A DNA stretch of 64,000 nt. It comes from an uncultured Actinomycetes bacterium. GTDB lineage: Bacteria; Actinomycetota; UBA4738; HRBIN12. The notes under the pieces are model-generated. The model did not search any database. It was given only the letters and a program-made list of their open reading frames with translations, and had not been told where the DNA came from. Location of the stretch: positions 94,511 to 158,510 of the forward strand of contig CAVVOG010000002.1 in NCBI GenBank assembly GCA_963749895.1. Direction: 5' to 3'. Of this stretch, positions 39,123 through 48,504 are shown piece by piece (position 1 is the stretch's first letter; each line of letters begins with the position of its first letter). The translations under genes and the position numbers were made by a program.

Positions 39123-39155
39123 TACCGTACTAAGTACGACGTACTTAGTACGGTA
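39123..39155. promoter_or_regulatory. 33-bp palindromic TetR operator
   Basis: TACCGTACTAAGTACG-A-CGTACTTAGTACGGTA between the divergent tetR and ddn-like genes. Confidence 0.8.
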
Positions 39156-39174
39156 TGCGAGAGGAGGAACCGAC

Positions 39175-39609
39175 ATGCCGATGCCGAGGTGGCTCGCCAA
39201 GGTCAACCGACGCGTCTTCAACCCGATCGAGATCCGCCGGGGGGTCCGGCCGGTCCTGGTCCACGTGGGTCGCTCGTCGGGGACGACGTACCGCACCCCT
39301 CTGGACGCCCACCCCGTCGAGGGTGGGTACGTCTTCATCCCGAACTACGGACCGGGCTCCGACTGGGTCCGCAACATCCTCGCCGCCGGGGACGCGCGGC
39401 TCCGGCTCGAGGATGAGGAAGTGGCACTGACGTCGCCGCGGATGGTGCGCAAGGCGGACGTGTGGTCGGCGCTGCCGGCCGGCACGAAGACCCCGCCGGG
39501 GATCAAGGACGATTCGGAGCTCCTACGGATGGACGTGGTCGAGACCGACGTGCCCGCGACGACGTCGACGGTGCCCCCGGGAAGAATCGAACTTCCGCAC
39601 ACGGTTTAG
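39175..39609 (+). CDS. F420-dependent (Ddn-family) nitroreductase-like oxidoreductase
   Basis: HVGRSSGTTYRTPL and YGPGSDWVRNILAAG; GGAGG RBS. Confidence 0.88.
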   Translation: MPMPRWLAKVNRRVFNPIEIRRGVRPVLVHVGRSSGTTYRTPLDAHPVEGGYVFIPNYGPGSDWVRNILAAGDARLRLEDEEVALTSPRMVRKADVWSALPAGTKTPPGIKDDSELLRMDVVETDVPATTSTVPPGRIELPHTV

Positions 39610-39643
39610 GAAACCGATGCTCTATCCACTGAGCTACGGGGGC
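39572..39643 (-). tRNA. tRNA-Arg(CCT)
   Basis: GCCCCCG acceptor stem, D-arm GCTCAGTGGATAGAGC, anticodon loop TTCCTAA, T-arm GGAAGTTCGATTCTTCC; CCA not encoded. Confidence 0.95.
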
Positions 39644-39867
39644 GGGGGATGCATTCTCGCAGGTGAGAACGCCCGCCTGAAGCCTCTGAGAGGATCGCCC
39701 GAGCTTGATGGGCCACTTGGGGCCACACCCAGGCCGCAGTACCTGAGTGCCTCTCGGAGCGGAAGTACGTCCGGTCGAGATCCGGACGGAGGGTGCTGAC
39801 GAGACTCAAGTATGAAGGCCAGAGGGTCTACTTGAGTCGCCTGTATGATGCTTTCCTACGCATCGAT

Positions 39868-40228
39868 GGCGAGCGTTCAGCGGCGGACCCGGACCACGAG
39901 GAAGGGATCGAAGTACGTCTGCTATCGGGTCCGGTACCGAGGTACTGACGGGCGGGAGCGATCGAAGAGCTTCGCCCAGCGCCGAGATGCGGTGAAGTTC
40001 GCGTCATCCGTCGAGACGGATCTCATGAGGGGTCAGTGGACCGATCCCGCTCTCGCAAGGATCCCCTTCGGGACGTGGGCTTCCGACTGGCTCGCTGCGA
40101 AGCGGCCTTCTCTGAAGCCGAAGACCTATTCGAGCTACGAGAGCCTTCTGCGTGTCCAGATCGCCCCCTATCTCGCAGCACGACCCATCGGGGCTCGATG
40201 GGAAGCCTGCTGTTGGACCGCCCCTTGA
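39868..40228 (+). pseudogene. Truncated tyrosine integrase (arm-binding and SAM-like domains only)
   Basis: YRVRYRGTDGRERSKSF..DLMRGQWTDP..KPKTYSSYESLLRVQIAPYL; no catalytic domain; next to a tRNA. Confidence 0.85.
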
Positions 40229-40372
40229 GATGTTCGATCGGAAGGAGCGGTACTGCCTAGTGGCGCACGTCCACGTGGTCAACGGATCTGCCGCAGGAGA
40301 TGTCCGAATGTCGGCCATGCGATGGATATCCGTAGGAGCATGACGCTACCGTCTGCGATGAAGGGAGTCCGG

Positions 40373-40876
40373 ATGCGTCCGATCCTCGTGTGCCTCATCA
40401 TCTGTGTCCTCACGGCCTGTTCGGGCAGTGACTCGACGCCGCAGCCGCTGGATGAAGGCTCGTCCCCAACAAGCAGCTCGGGCGCGGACCTCGAGGCCGC
40501 CGAGATAGCGGCGTTCAGCGCGAGCCGCGATCAGATCTGCGCGGAGGCGGGCGGCGACGTCACCGAGATCGCCGCCGAGTGGATCGATGCCGAAGGAGCC
40601 TCAGACGCGGATGTGGTTGTTGGTATTCGGAAGATCATGGCTCGTATCGAGCAGGCGCAAGGACAGCTCGATCAGCTCTCGGTCCCGACATCGCTCGTCG
40701 CGTTCGTGACCCAGGACGATGCCCGGCGCGAGAAACGGATCCGTCTGTTCGAGAGGCAGATCGTCGCGTTCGAAGAGGGTCGCCCCAACCTCACGTCGCT
40801 CTTCGAGCAGATGACACAACTCGACGGCGAGGGGGAATCCGTCGAGGACACTTACGGCCTCGTGCACTGCGTGTGA
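40373..40876 (+). CDS. Lipoprotein, function unknown
   Basis: Lipobox LTAC, Ser-rich linker, helical domain with 2 Cys. Confidence 0.75.
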   Translation: MRPILVCLIICVLTACSGSDSTPQPLDEGSSPTSSSGADLEAAEIAAFSASRDQICAEAGGDVTEIAAEWIDAEGASDADVVVGIRKIMARIEQAQGQLDQLSVPTSLVAFVTQDDARREKRIRLFERQIVAFEEGRPNLTSLFEQMTQLDGEGESVEDTYGLVHCV

Positions 40877-41193
40877 TCCCACACGAGCCGCATGGCGGGT
40901 GCGCCGCCAGAAGCCCCCGGCAGCGATCCTGCCGGGTCGTCGAGAGCCGCACGATACCTCCGGAGGATGATCGACGGCTCCCAGGGTGACGAGTTCGTTC
41001 CCGAGGCTCGCGGGAGCGCTGAGCACGAACCCACGCGGGGGCCCGCTCGAACCCGCGATCCGGGGCGCCCCGCCGCGGTCGGTCCCGTCGGTCGTGGGTC
41101 GTTCACCTCGTTACACCGCGGAGGAACCGTGCGAGCGTCGCGCTGAGGCGCTGGGCACCCCGAGCGGCGCTCCTCGGGGGAGGAGGGTTCGAC

Positions 41194-42933
41194 ATGCGGT
41201 CCCTGAGATGTGCGGTTCATCACGGCCTCACGGTCTTCACCATCGGTGCGCTCGCTCTCACCTCGCTGACGTGCTCGCCGGACGCGGAAGCGCAAGCTGC
41301 GACCACACCCTGCGATCCGCCGGCGGTGTTCCCGATCGAACGGCTGCGGCCCGGCATGCAGGCGACGGGATGGACGGTGGTGCAGGGAACCGAGCCGTCC
41401 TCGTTCGCGGTCGAGGTGCTCGGCGTGCAGCCCGACGCGATCGCTCCGGGGTTCGACGTCATCGTGGTCAAGGCATCGGGTCGGGTCATCGAGCGGATCG
41501 GCGGCATCGCCGCCGGGTTCTCCGGATCACCCGTCTACCGCGGCGACCGGCTCGTCGGGTCGATCTCCTGGAGGACGGACGGAGACGCCCACTACGCGGG
41601 CCTGACACCGGGCTCGCTGCTGGTCGGGCTCCTGGACCAGCCAGACACCAGCGCTCCGTCACCGAGGTCGGTCGCGCTCGACGGCTCGCTCCGTCGTGCC
41701 ATCGCGCGCGACGCCGGGGTGGCTCTGGCTGAGGCGCCCGCGACGATGTCGCAGGTCCCCGTTGCCCTGGCGCTGTCGGGCGTATCGGCGGATCGAACGA
41801 GCGAGGTGGCGGACCGCTTCGCCGAGCGGGGTCTGTCCGCCGTTCCGTACCTGGCGAGTGCCTCGACGGCGACCCGCGCGATCGAGGCCGAGCCCCTGCA
41901 CCCGGGGGACTCGTTCGTGGCGGCCCTCAGCTACGGCACCGTGACCTACGCAGCGATCGGGTCGGTCACGATCGCGTGCGGCGATCACGTCGTGGCTTTC
42001 GGCCATCCCTTCACGCACGCGGGTGGCGGTCGCTCGAGCGCCGCGATGGGCGCCGAGGTCGTGACCGTGGTACCCGGCGACTACCCGTTCAAGATGGCGA
42101 ACGTGGGCACGCTCCGCGGCGTGGTCGATCAGGACCGCCTCGCCGGCGTTCGCGCGATCCGAGGCATCGCCCCGCACTCCGCCGTGGTGAGGGCCCGTAT
42201 CGAGAACCGCGACATGGGATCCACGCTGCGCACGGTGACCCGCGTGACGGACGCCGAGTGGCTCGGGGACGTCGCCTGGGACCACGTCTACGCGTCGATC
42301 TACGCGGGGCTGGACGCGGATCGTGGGTCGGTCGCCATGCGGTGGACCGTCGAGGGTATGGCCGACGGCGCACCGTTCTCGATCACGATGCGGAACGCGT
42401 ACTCGGGCTCCGACGTGACGTGGGGACCCGCCGGCGATGCCTCCGCGACGATGTGGTCGTTGAGGAACGCTCCAGGCCACCTGAAGGTGACGCGGGTCTC
42501 GGTGGACGCGACGGTTCGGGAACGTGAGGTCGGGGTCGCGAAGGTCCATCACCCCAGGACCGCCAGCGACCTCATGCCGGACCTCAAGGTTCGACGCACG
42601 ATCGACGTTCGGCCCGGCGACACGCTGCGGGTGAAGGTTCCGGTCGTCTCGCCAGGCGGTCGCGTCGTCCAGGTCGCGCGGAGCTTCTCGATCCCCGACA
42701 CCGCGACCGGCTCCGGGAGGCTCGAGATCCAGCTCGGGAACCCCGGCTTCTGGGTGGAGGCGGATACGGTGAAGGCGCTCCTGTGGAGGCTTCAGAACCA
42801 ACTCTCGTCGGACGAGCTGCGGATGCGTCTGCGCGTGAAGGGGCTCGATCGTCCCGTGAACAGGCGGATCGCGATGCCCTGGCTCCTGGAGGGAGAACCG
42901 ATCTCGGTTCGGCTGAACGTCGAACGGGGCTAG
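41194..42933 (+). CDS. Secreted SpoIVB (peptidase S55) domain protein
   Basis: GWTVVQGTEP, GIAAGFSGSPVY, AFGHPF, QDRLAG. Confidence 0.88.
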   Translation: MRSLRCAVHHGLTVFTIGALALTSLTCSPDAEAQAATTPCDPPAVFPIERLRPGMQATGWTVVQGTEPSSFAVEVLGVQPDAIAPGFDVIVVKASGRVIERIGGIAAGFSGSPVYRGDRLVGSISWRTDGDAHYAGLTPGSLLVGLLDQPDTSAPSPRSVALDGSLRRAIARDAGVALAEAPATMSQVPVALALSGVSADRTSEVADRFAERGLSAVPYLASASTATRAIEAEPLHPGDSFVAALSYGTVTYAAIGSVTIACGDHVVAFGHPFTHAGGGRSSAAMGAEVVTVVPGDYPFKMANVGTLRGVVDQDRLAGVRAIRGIAPHSAVVRARIENRDMGSTLRTVTRVTDAEWLGDVAWDHVYASIYAGLDADRGSVAMRWTVEGMADGAPFSITMRNAYSGSDVTWGPAGDASATMWSLRNAPGHLKVTRVSVDATVREREVGVAKVHHPRTASDLMPDLKVRRTIDVRPGDTLRVKVPVVSPGGRVVQVARSFSIPDTATGSGRLEIQLGNPGFWVEADTVKALLWRLQNQLSSDELRMRLRVKGLDRPVNRRIAMPWLLEGEPISVRLNVERG

Positions 42934-43038
42934 CGGTCGGCCGGCTCGCGCGGCACGGGAGGGCCTGGGGGCCGGGTCGCGGATGCATCGGTGTCCTGGC
43001 GGATCCGGGTGAGCGCCCCGGAGCGGATGAACCCGGCG

Positions 43039-43491
43039 TCAGCCGCGGGCTCGCAGCGCGGCCTCGATCTCGTCGAGGTGTTCCCCGCGGTGATCGAACC
43101 GCATCGCGTTGATCGGGGCCACGGGATCGTGCGGCCACAGGCGCTCGAGCGGGAGCTCGGCCACGCGCGCATCCGTCTGCTCGGCGATCTCCAGCGCGAG
43201 CCGGGCGGCGTCCCTCGGCCGGATCGCGTGCAGCAAGGGACGGGTCGAGTCGTTGAGCCAGTCGCCGTCGGGCTCGGCGTCGCCGGGCGCCCACGGTTCG
43301 TCGCGATCGATCTTCTCGGCGAGCACCAGGACGCGGATGTCCCAGTACGCGATGTGTCCGAGCACGCCGGCGACGGTCCAGTACTCGTTCACGGGTGCCT
43401 CGAGGGTGTCATCGTCCAGACCCTCGACGAGCGCGCGCATACGCTCCCGCTCACGGGTGTTCGCCTCGATGAAGGAGCGATCCTCAACCAC
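43039..43491 (-). CDS. DinB / mycothiol-dependent maleylpyruvate isomerase-like protein
   Basis: WTVAGVLGHIAYWD and HRGEH. Confidence 0.8.
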   Translation of the reverse strand: MVEDRSFIEANTRERERMRALVEGLDDDTLEAPVNEYWTVAGVLGHIAYWDIRVLVLAEKIDRDEPWAPGDAEPDGDWLNDSTRPLLHAIRPRDAARLALEIAEQTDARVAELPLERLWPHDPVAPINAMRFDHRGEHLDEIEAALRARG

Positions 43492-43528
43492 GCTGCCACC
43501 CTACCCGCCGCCGCGATACGCCGAGGGG

Positions 43529-43631
43529 TCACCTCACGACGTCGTTCTGCATCGCCCACAGGGCCGCCGCGGCGCGCGTCGAGACCCCGATCTTCGCGTA
43601 CACGTGCTGGATGTGATGGTCGGCGGTCTTC
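43529..43631 (-). pseudogene. C-terminal remnant of a LuxR-HTH regulator
   Basis: Not in the ORF track; reads KTADHHIQHVYAKIGVSTRAAAALWAMQNDVVR*. Confidence 0.75.
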
Positions 43632-43937
43632 GACGAGAACGCCTCCTGGCACACGCCCGGACGCGCGATCGGCGGCGACTACGTCGGCCGCGAGGCCGTC
43701 TTCGGTCAGTTCGGCCGGTACGCCGGCGAGACCGGCGGCACGTTCAAGGCCGCGCTGCAGGACGTGTTCGCGAGCGCCGACGGCCGGGTGATCGGCGTGC
43801 ACCACAACAGCGCCGAGCGTGACGGCAAGCTGCTGGACGTCGAGTGCTGCATCGTCTTCGAGGTCAAGGACGGCCGGCTGGTCGACGGCCGCGAGTTCTT
43901 CGGCGACCTCTACGCCTGGGACGAGTTCTGGTCGTAG
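43626..43937 (+). pseudogene. 5'-truncated SnoaL/NTF2-like gene
   Basis: Not in the ORF track; VFDENASWHTPG..GDYVGREAVF..CIVFEVKDGRLVDGREFFGDLYAWDEFWS*; in-frame TGA at 43614 and no start codon. Confidence 0.75.
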
Positions 43938-44123
43938 CCACACCGTGCAGCCGTCCTTCGGCGTCCCGATGGGGCTCGACCTCGTCGGGACGCCGTAGGC
44001 ATCGCCGCGCTCGTCGATGCATGACCCCCAGACTCCGGAGCGGCTCCGGAGAGCCGCTGGCGCCCGGAGCACGATGCGCGTAGGGTCAGCCGACCGTCGT
44101 CGGACAGCGGGCAAGGGGGGGAC

Positions 44124-46277
44124 GTGTCCGGGCAAGGTCGAATCGCGCGCTGGCCGACCGTGCTCGTCGTCGGCGCCGCGATCGGGGTCGTCGAGTCGCT
44201 GCTCGCGGTCGCGTTCGCGTCGATCGTGTTCGGCGGGCGTATCGACTACTTCACCGCTGAGGGCGTGGGCCTGTACCTCGGCGCCGCCTTCTTGACCCTC
44301 GCCTTCATCGCGTGGCGCGCAGGTGCGCGCGGCGTGGTCGGCGGCCTGCGGGCGACGACCGTGGCGCTGCTCTCGATCGTCGCCGCCACGACCGGCCTCA
44401 GGGCGAGAGGGAGCCCCCAGGAGGGGTTCATCGCCGTCGTCGCGGCGACGCTGGTCGTGACGGTCTCGGTCGGGATCGTGCTCCTCGTCATCGGGACGCG
44501 CCGACGCGGCGACGTGCTCCGCTACGTCCCCGTTCCGGTCGTGGGGGGGTTCGTCGCCGGCGCGGGGTGGCTCCTCGTTCAGGGCGGGATCCACTTCGCG
44601 ATCGACGAACCGCTCTTCTACACGGGCCTCGAGGAGCTCGCCGACGGGCGCGCCCTCCGCCTGTGGCTCCCCGCCGTGGCCTTCGGGGTGGTCGTGCTGC
44701 TCGCGGCGCGGATCACGAAGAAGCCCCTCGCGGTCCCGGTGACGATCGGCATCGGGGTGGCGGGGTTCGCGGTCGTCGCCCTCGCGACCGGGGCCTCGAT
44801 CGACGACGTCCGTGCGGGTGGATGGCTGGTCGGACCGTTCAAGGGGGACATGACCTGGAAGACGTGGAGCACGCTCGCGCTGACCGACGCCGACTGGCTC
44901 GCCGTCGCACGATCGTGGGCGCCGATCGTCGTCGCGGTGGGGGTCGCCGCTCTGGTCCTGCTGAGCGATCTCGATGGGATCGAGGCCCACCTCGACCGGA
45001 ACCTGGACACGAACGAGGCGTTCCGTGTCGCGGGGCTGCTGAACCTCGTCTCGGGCGCCCTCGGTGGGATCCCCGGCTTCCACGATCGTCACCTCACGAC
45101 CGCGGCGGCCCGCTCGGGCGTCGACGCCCGGCGCGCGGGCCTGGTCGCCGCGATCGTCCCTGCGGCCGCGCTGCTGTTCGGTGCGACGGTCATCGAGTCG
45201 ATCCCCAAGATGATCGTGGGCGGGATGCTCGTGTTCGTGGGCCTGTCGCTGATCGTCGAGTGGGCCTGGGACCGACGACGGTCGCTGCCCCGGATCGAGT
45301 ACGTCGTCGTCATGGTGATCCTCGCGGTCGTCGTGGCCAGGGGGTACATGCCGGGGATCGTCGTCGGGCTCGTGCTCGCGGTGATGCTGATCGCGGTCAG
45401 CTACGGCCGCATCGACCTGGTGCACGAGGTCACCTTCGGCGGGGTCTACCGCAGCAGCGTCGACCGTCCGTCGGCCGAACGCGAGCTCCTCGATGCCCAG
45501 ACCGACCGGGTGCTTCTCCTGCGGGTGAGCGGACACATGTTCTTCGGCTCCGCCAACCGTCTGCTCGAGCGGATCCGGGCGCGCGTCGACGGCGACGAAC
45601 CTCCCCGCTTCGTCGTGATCGACCTCCAGCGGGTGACCGGCGTCGACGCCTCGGTGGCGGCCACCCTCGTGAAGGCCGAACGGCTGGCCTCCGTCCAGGG
45701 GTCCGAGATCGTGCTCACCGGCGCCTCCGCCGGCGTCCGCCGACGCCTCGAGCGCGGCGGCGCGCTCGGCACGCAAGGCCTCGTCTCGTTCGAGCCCGAT
45801 CTGGACGACGCCCTGCAACGGTGCGAGGAGGCCCTGCTGGAGGGGATCGGGGCGGAGGCGGAGGACGTCGCGGGTCTGGGCGGTCTGCCTTCGCGCCTCG
45901 TCCCCTACCTCGACCGTGTGCCCGTGGCGGAGGGAACCCTCCTGCTGCATCAGGGCGGGTCGGCCGGCGACATCTACGTGCTGGCAGAGGGTCGCCTCGT
46001 CGTGGAGACCAGCACGCCGGAGGGCAGGCGTGTCCGCGTGCGGACGCTCCGCCCCGGGGTGGTCGTCGGGGAGATCGCACTCTACTCGCGGGTCCCACGC
46101 ACCGCGGACGTCGTCGCGGAGACCCCGTGCGTGGTGCTCCGGTGTTCCCGTGAACGGATCGCGCGGATGGAGGCCGACGATCCCGAGGCGGCCGCCGGTC
46201 TGCACCGCTGGCTCGCCGGCACGTTGGCCGACCGACTGAGCGACACGATGCGCACGTTCGACGCGCTGATGGACTGA
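44124..46277 (+). CDS. SulP-STAS-cNMP-binding anion transporter (copy 1)
   Basis: RYVPVPVVGGFVAG, STAS GHMFFGSA..IDLQRVTGVDAS, cNMP VVGEIALY..RTADV. Confidence 0.9.
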   Translation: MSGQGRIARWPTVLVVGAAIGVVESLLAVAFASIVFGGRIDYFTAEGVGLYLGAAFLTLAFIAWRAGARGVVGGLRATTVALLSIVAATTGLRARGSPQEGFIAVVAATLVVTVSVGIVLLVIGTRRRGDVLRYVPVPVVGGFVAGAGWLLVQGGIHFAIDEPLFYTGLEELADGRALRLWLPAVAFGVVVLLAARITKKPLAVPVTIGIGVAGFAVVALATGASIDDVRAGGWLVGPFKGDMTWKTWSTLALTDADWLAVARSWAPIVVAVGVAALVLLSDLDGIEAHLDRNLDTNEAFRVAGLLNLVSGALGGIPGFHDRHLTTAAARSGVDARRAGLVAAIVPAAALLFGATVIESIPKMIVGGMLVFVGLSLIVEWAWDRRRSLPRIEYVVVMVILAVVVARGYMPGIVVGLVLAVMLIAVSYGRIDLVHEVTFGGVYRSSVDRPSAERELLDAQTDRVLLLRVSGHMFFGSANRLLERIRARVDGDEPPRFVVIDLQRVTGVDASVAATLVKAERLASVQGSEIVLTGASAGVRRRLERGGALGTQGLVSFEPDLDDALQRCEEALLEGIGAEAEDVAGLGGLPSRLVPYLDRVPVAEGTLLLHQGGSAGDIYVLAEGRLVVETSTPEGRRVRVRTLRPGVVVGEIALYSRVPRTADVVAETPCVVLRCSRERIARMEADDPEAAAGLHRWLAGTLADRLSDTMRTFDALMD

Positions 46278-46286
46278 GGAGGGAAC

Positions 46287-48481
46287 GTGTCCACGCCGCG
46301 ACGAACCGAAGGATGGCCGGTCACGATCGCCGCAGGGATCATCGTCGGCGCCGTCGAGACCGTGCTCGCCGTGGCGTTCGCCGCCTTCGTGTTCGGGGGG
46401 CTGCTATCCCAGAGCCTGCCCGACGGCATCGGCCTGTACCTTGCCGCCGCCGTCTTGACCCTCGCGACGCTCGCGTGGCGGGCAGGCAGGCGCGGCGTCG
46501 TCGGGAGCGTGCAGGACGCGGCGGCGGCCGTCCTCGCGGTCGCGGCGGCGGCGGCCGCCGCGAAGGCCACGCAGCTCCAGCAGGTCGCGACGCTCGCCGG
46601 ACTGGAGGATTACGAGGGACCAGACGTCTTCCTCACGGTGATCGCGGCCACGCTGGTCGTCACGGTCCTGTGCGGCGTGGTCTTCCTGGTGCTCGGGTGG
46701 CGCCGGTGGGGGAACCTGATCCGGTTCGTTCCCTATCCGGTCGTCGGTGGGTTCCTGGCCGGCACGGGCTGGCTCCTCCTCACGGGGGGATCTACGTCGC
46801 GTCGGGCGTCCAGGTCGACCTCGACAGGTTCGGCGACCTGGCGCGCCCGTACACCTCGGCGCGCTGGGTCCCCGCCTTCGCCTTCGGCGTGATCCTGCTG
46901 CTCGCGGTCCGGATCGTCCGGAAGCCGCTGGTGATCCCGCTGACGATCGGCCTCGGGCTGGTGGGGTTCGTCGCCGTGGCACTCGCCACCGGTTCGGGCC
47001 TGGACGAAGCCCGTGACGGGGGGTGGTTGCTCGGGCCGTTCGAGACCACCAGGCTGTGGCAGCCTTGGACCCTGCGCGCGGCCACGGGCGCGGACTGGTC
47101 GGCCGTGATCGGATCGTGGCCGACGATCGCCACCGCCGTGTTCGTGGCCAGTCTGGCCCTTCTGTTCAACGTCGGAGGGACCGAGCTCGTCCTGGACCGG
47201 GACCTCGACTCGAACGCGGAACTGCGCGACGCGGGCGTGTTGAACGTCGTGTCGGGAGCGCTCGGCGGGATCCCCGGGTATCACGCGCTCAGCCTCACCG
47301 CCCTCGCGGCCCGGATGAACGTCGACGCGCGCCGTGCGGGCTTGATCGCCGCGCTCGTTCCCCTGGCGGCCGTCGTGGCAGGCGCCTCGGTCGTCGAGCT
47401 GATCCCGCGGGCGATCGTGAGCGGTGTGCTCGTGTTCCTGGGGCTCGGCTTCATCGTCGAGTGGGTGTGGGACAAGCGCAGGACCCTCCCACGGCTCGAG
47501 TACCTGGTGGTCCTCGTGATCCTCGGGGTCGTCATCGTCCAGGGGTACCTGCCCGGCATCGCGGTCGGCTTGGTGCTCGCCGCCGTGCTGTTCGCGTTCA
47601 GCTACGGGCGGGTCGACCTGGTCCGCGAGGTCCCGTTCGGTGACACGTACCGGAGCAGCGTCGACCGGCCGGGCACCGAGCGCGCCGCGCTCCGCGCGGT
47701 GCGTGACCGCGTCTCGATCCTGCGTATCAGCGGGTTCGTGTTCTTCGGCTCGACCGCACGCCTCCTCGAGCGGATACGGGCCGGGACCGCGTCGTCCCCA
47801 CCACCGCGGATCCTGGTGATCGACCTCACGCGCGTGACCGGCATCGACTCGTCTGCCGTCGCGGCGTTCGCCAAGGCGATGCGCCTGATCCGTGCGCGTG
47901 GATCGGAGATGATCGTCACGGGCGCGTCCGAGCCGGTGCGCGCCCAGCTCGAGCAGGGCGGGGTGACCGAGCGGGATCGGATCGTCCGGTTCGAGCTCGA
48001 CCTCGATCGAGGCCTCGAGCGATGCGAGGAACTGCTCCTCGAGGAGCAGCCTGCTCCCGACGAAGACCTGTCACGAGGCGCCGTCGGGCCCCCCGCCGGC
48101 CTCGCCCCGTACATGGAGCGGGTCGCGGTGGACGAGGGAGCGGCCGTGCTGCGCCAGGACGAACCGCCCGGCGACGTCTACGTCTTGATGGAGGGTCGGC
48201 TGGCGGTCGAGACCGTCACCCCGGAGGGCAAGCGCGTGCGCCTCAAGATCTTGCGCCCGGGGGTCGTCGTCGGTGAGGTCGCGCTCTACACCGGTGCGCC
48301 TCGCATCGCCGACGTCGTGGCCGACACGCCCTGCGTGCTCCTGCGATGTCCTGGCGAGCAGATCGCGCGGATCGAGGCCGAGGACCCCGTGGTCGCGATC
48401 GCCCTGCATCGCTGGTTCGCGCAGACGCTCGCGGGGCGGCTCAGCGAGACGATGGGCTCGTTCGACGTGCTGCTCGACTGA
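46287..48481 (+). CDS. SulP-STAS-cNMP-binding anion transporter (copy 2), with apparent -1 frameshift in a G run near 46788
   Basis: RFVPYPVVGGFLAG in one frame and the remainder in another; collinear with copy 1. Confidence 0.85.
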
Positions 48482-48504
48482 AACCGCGGTCCGCGATCGC
48501 ATCG

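Noticed and set aside
1-48481. Frameshifts near 165, 357, 10434, 10818, 15545, 38157 and 46788 as pseudogenes or programmed frameshifts
   Set aside because: They are isolated single-base indels in unrelated, otherwise undecayed genes with no slippery heptamers. Long-read consensus errors are the simplest explanation; reads are needed to confirm.
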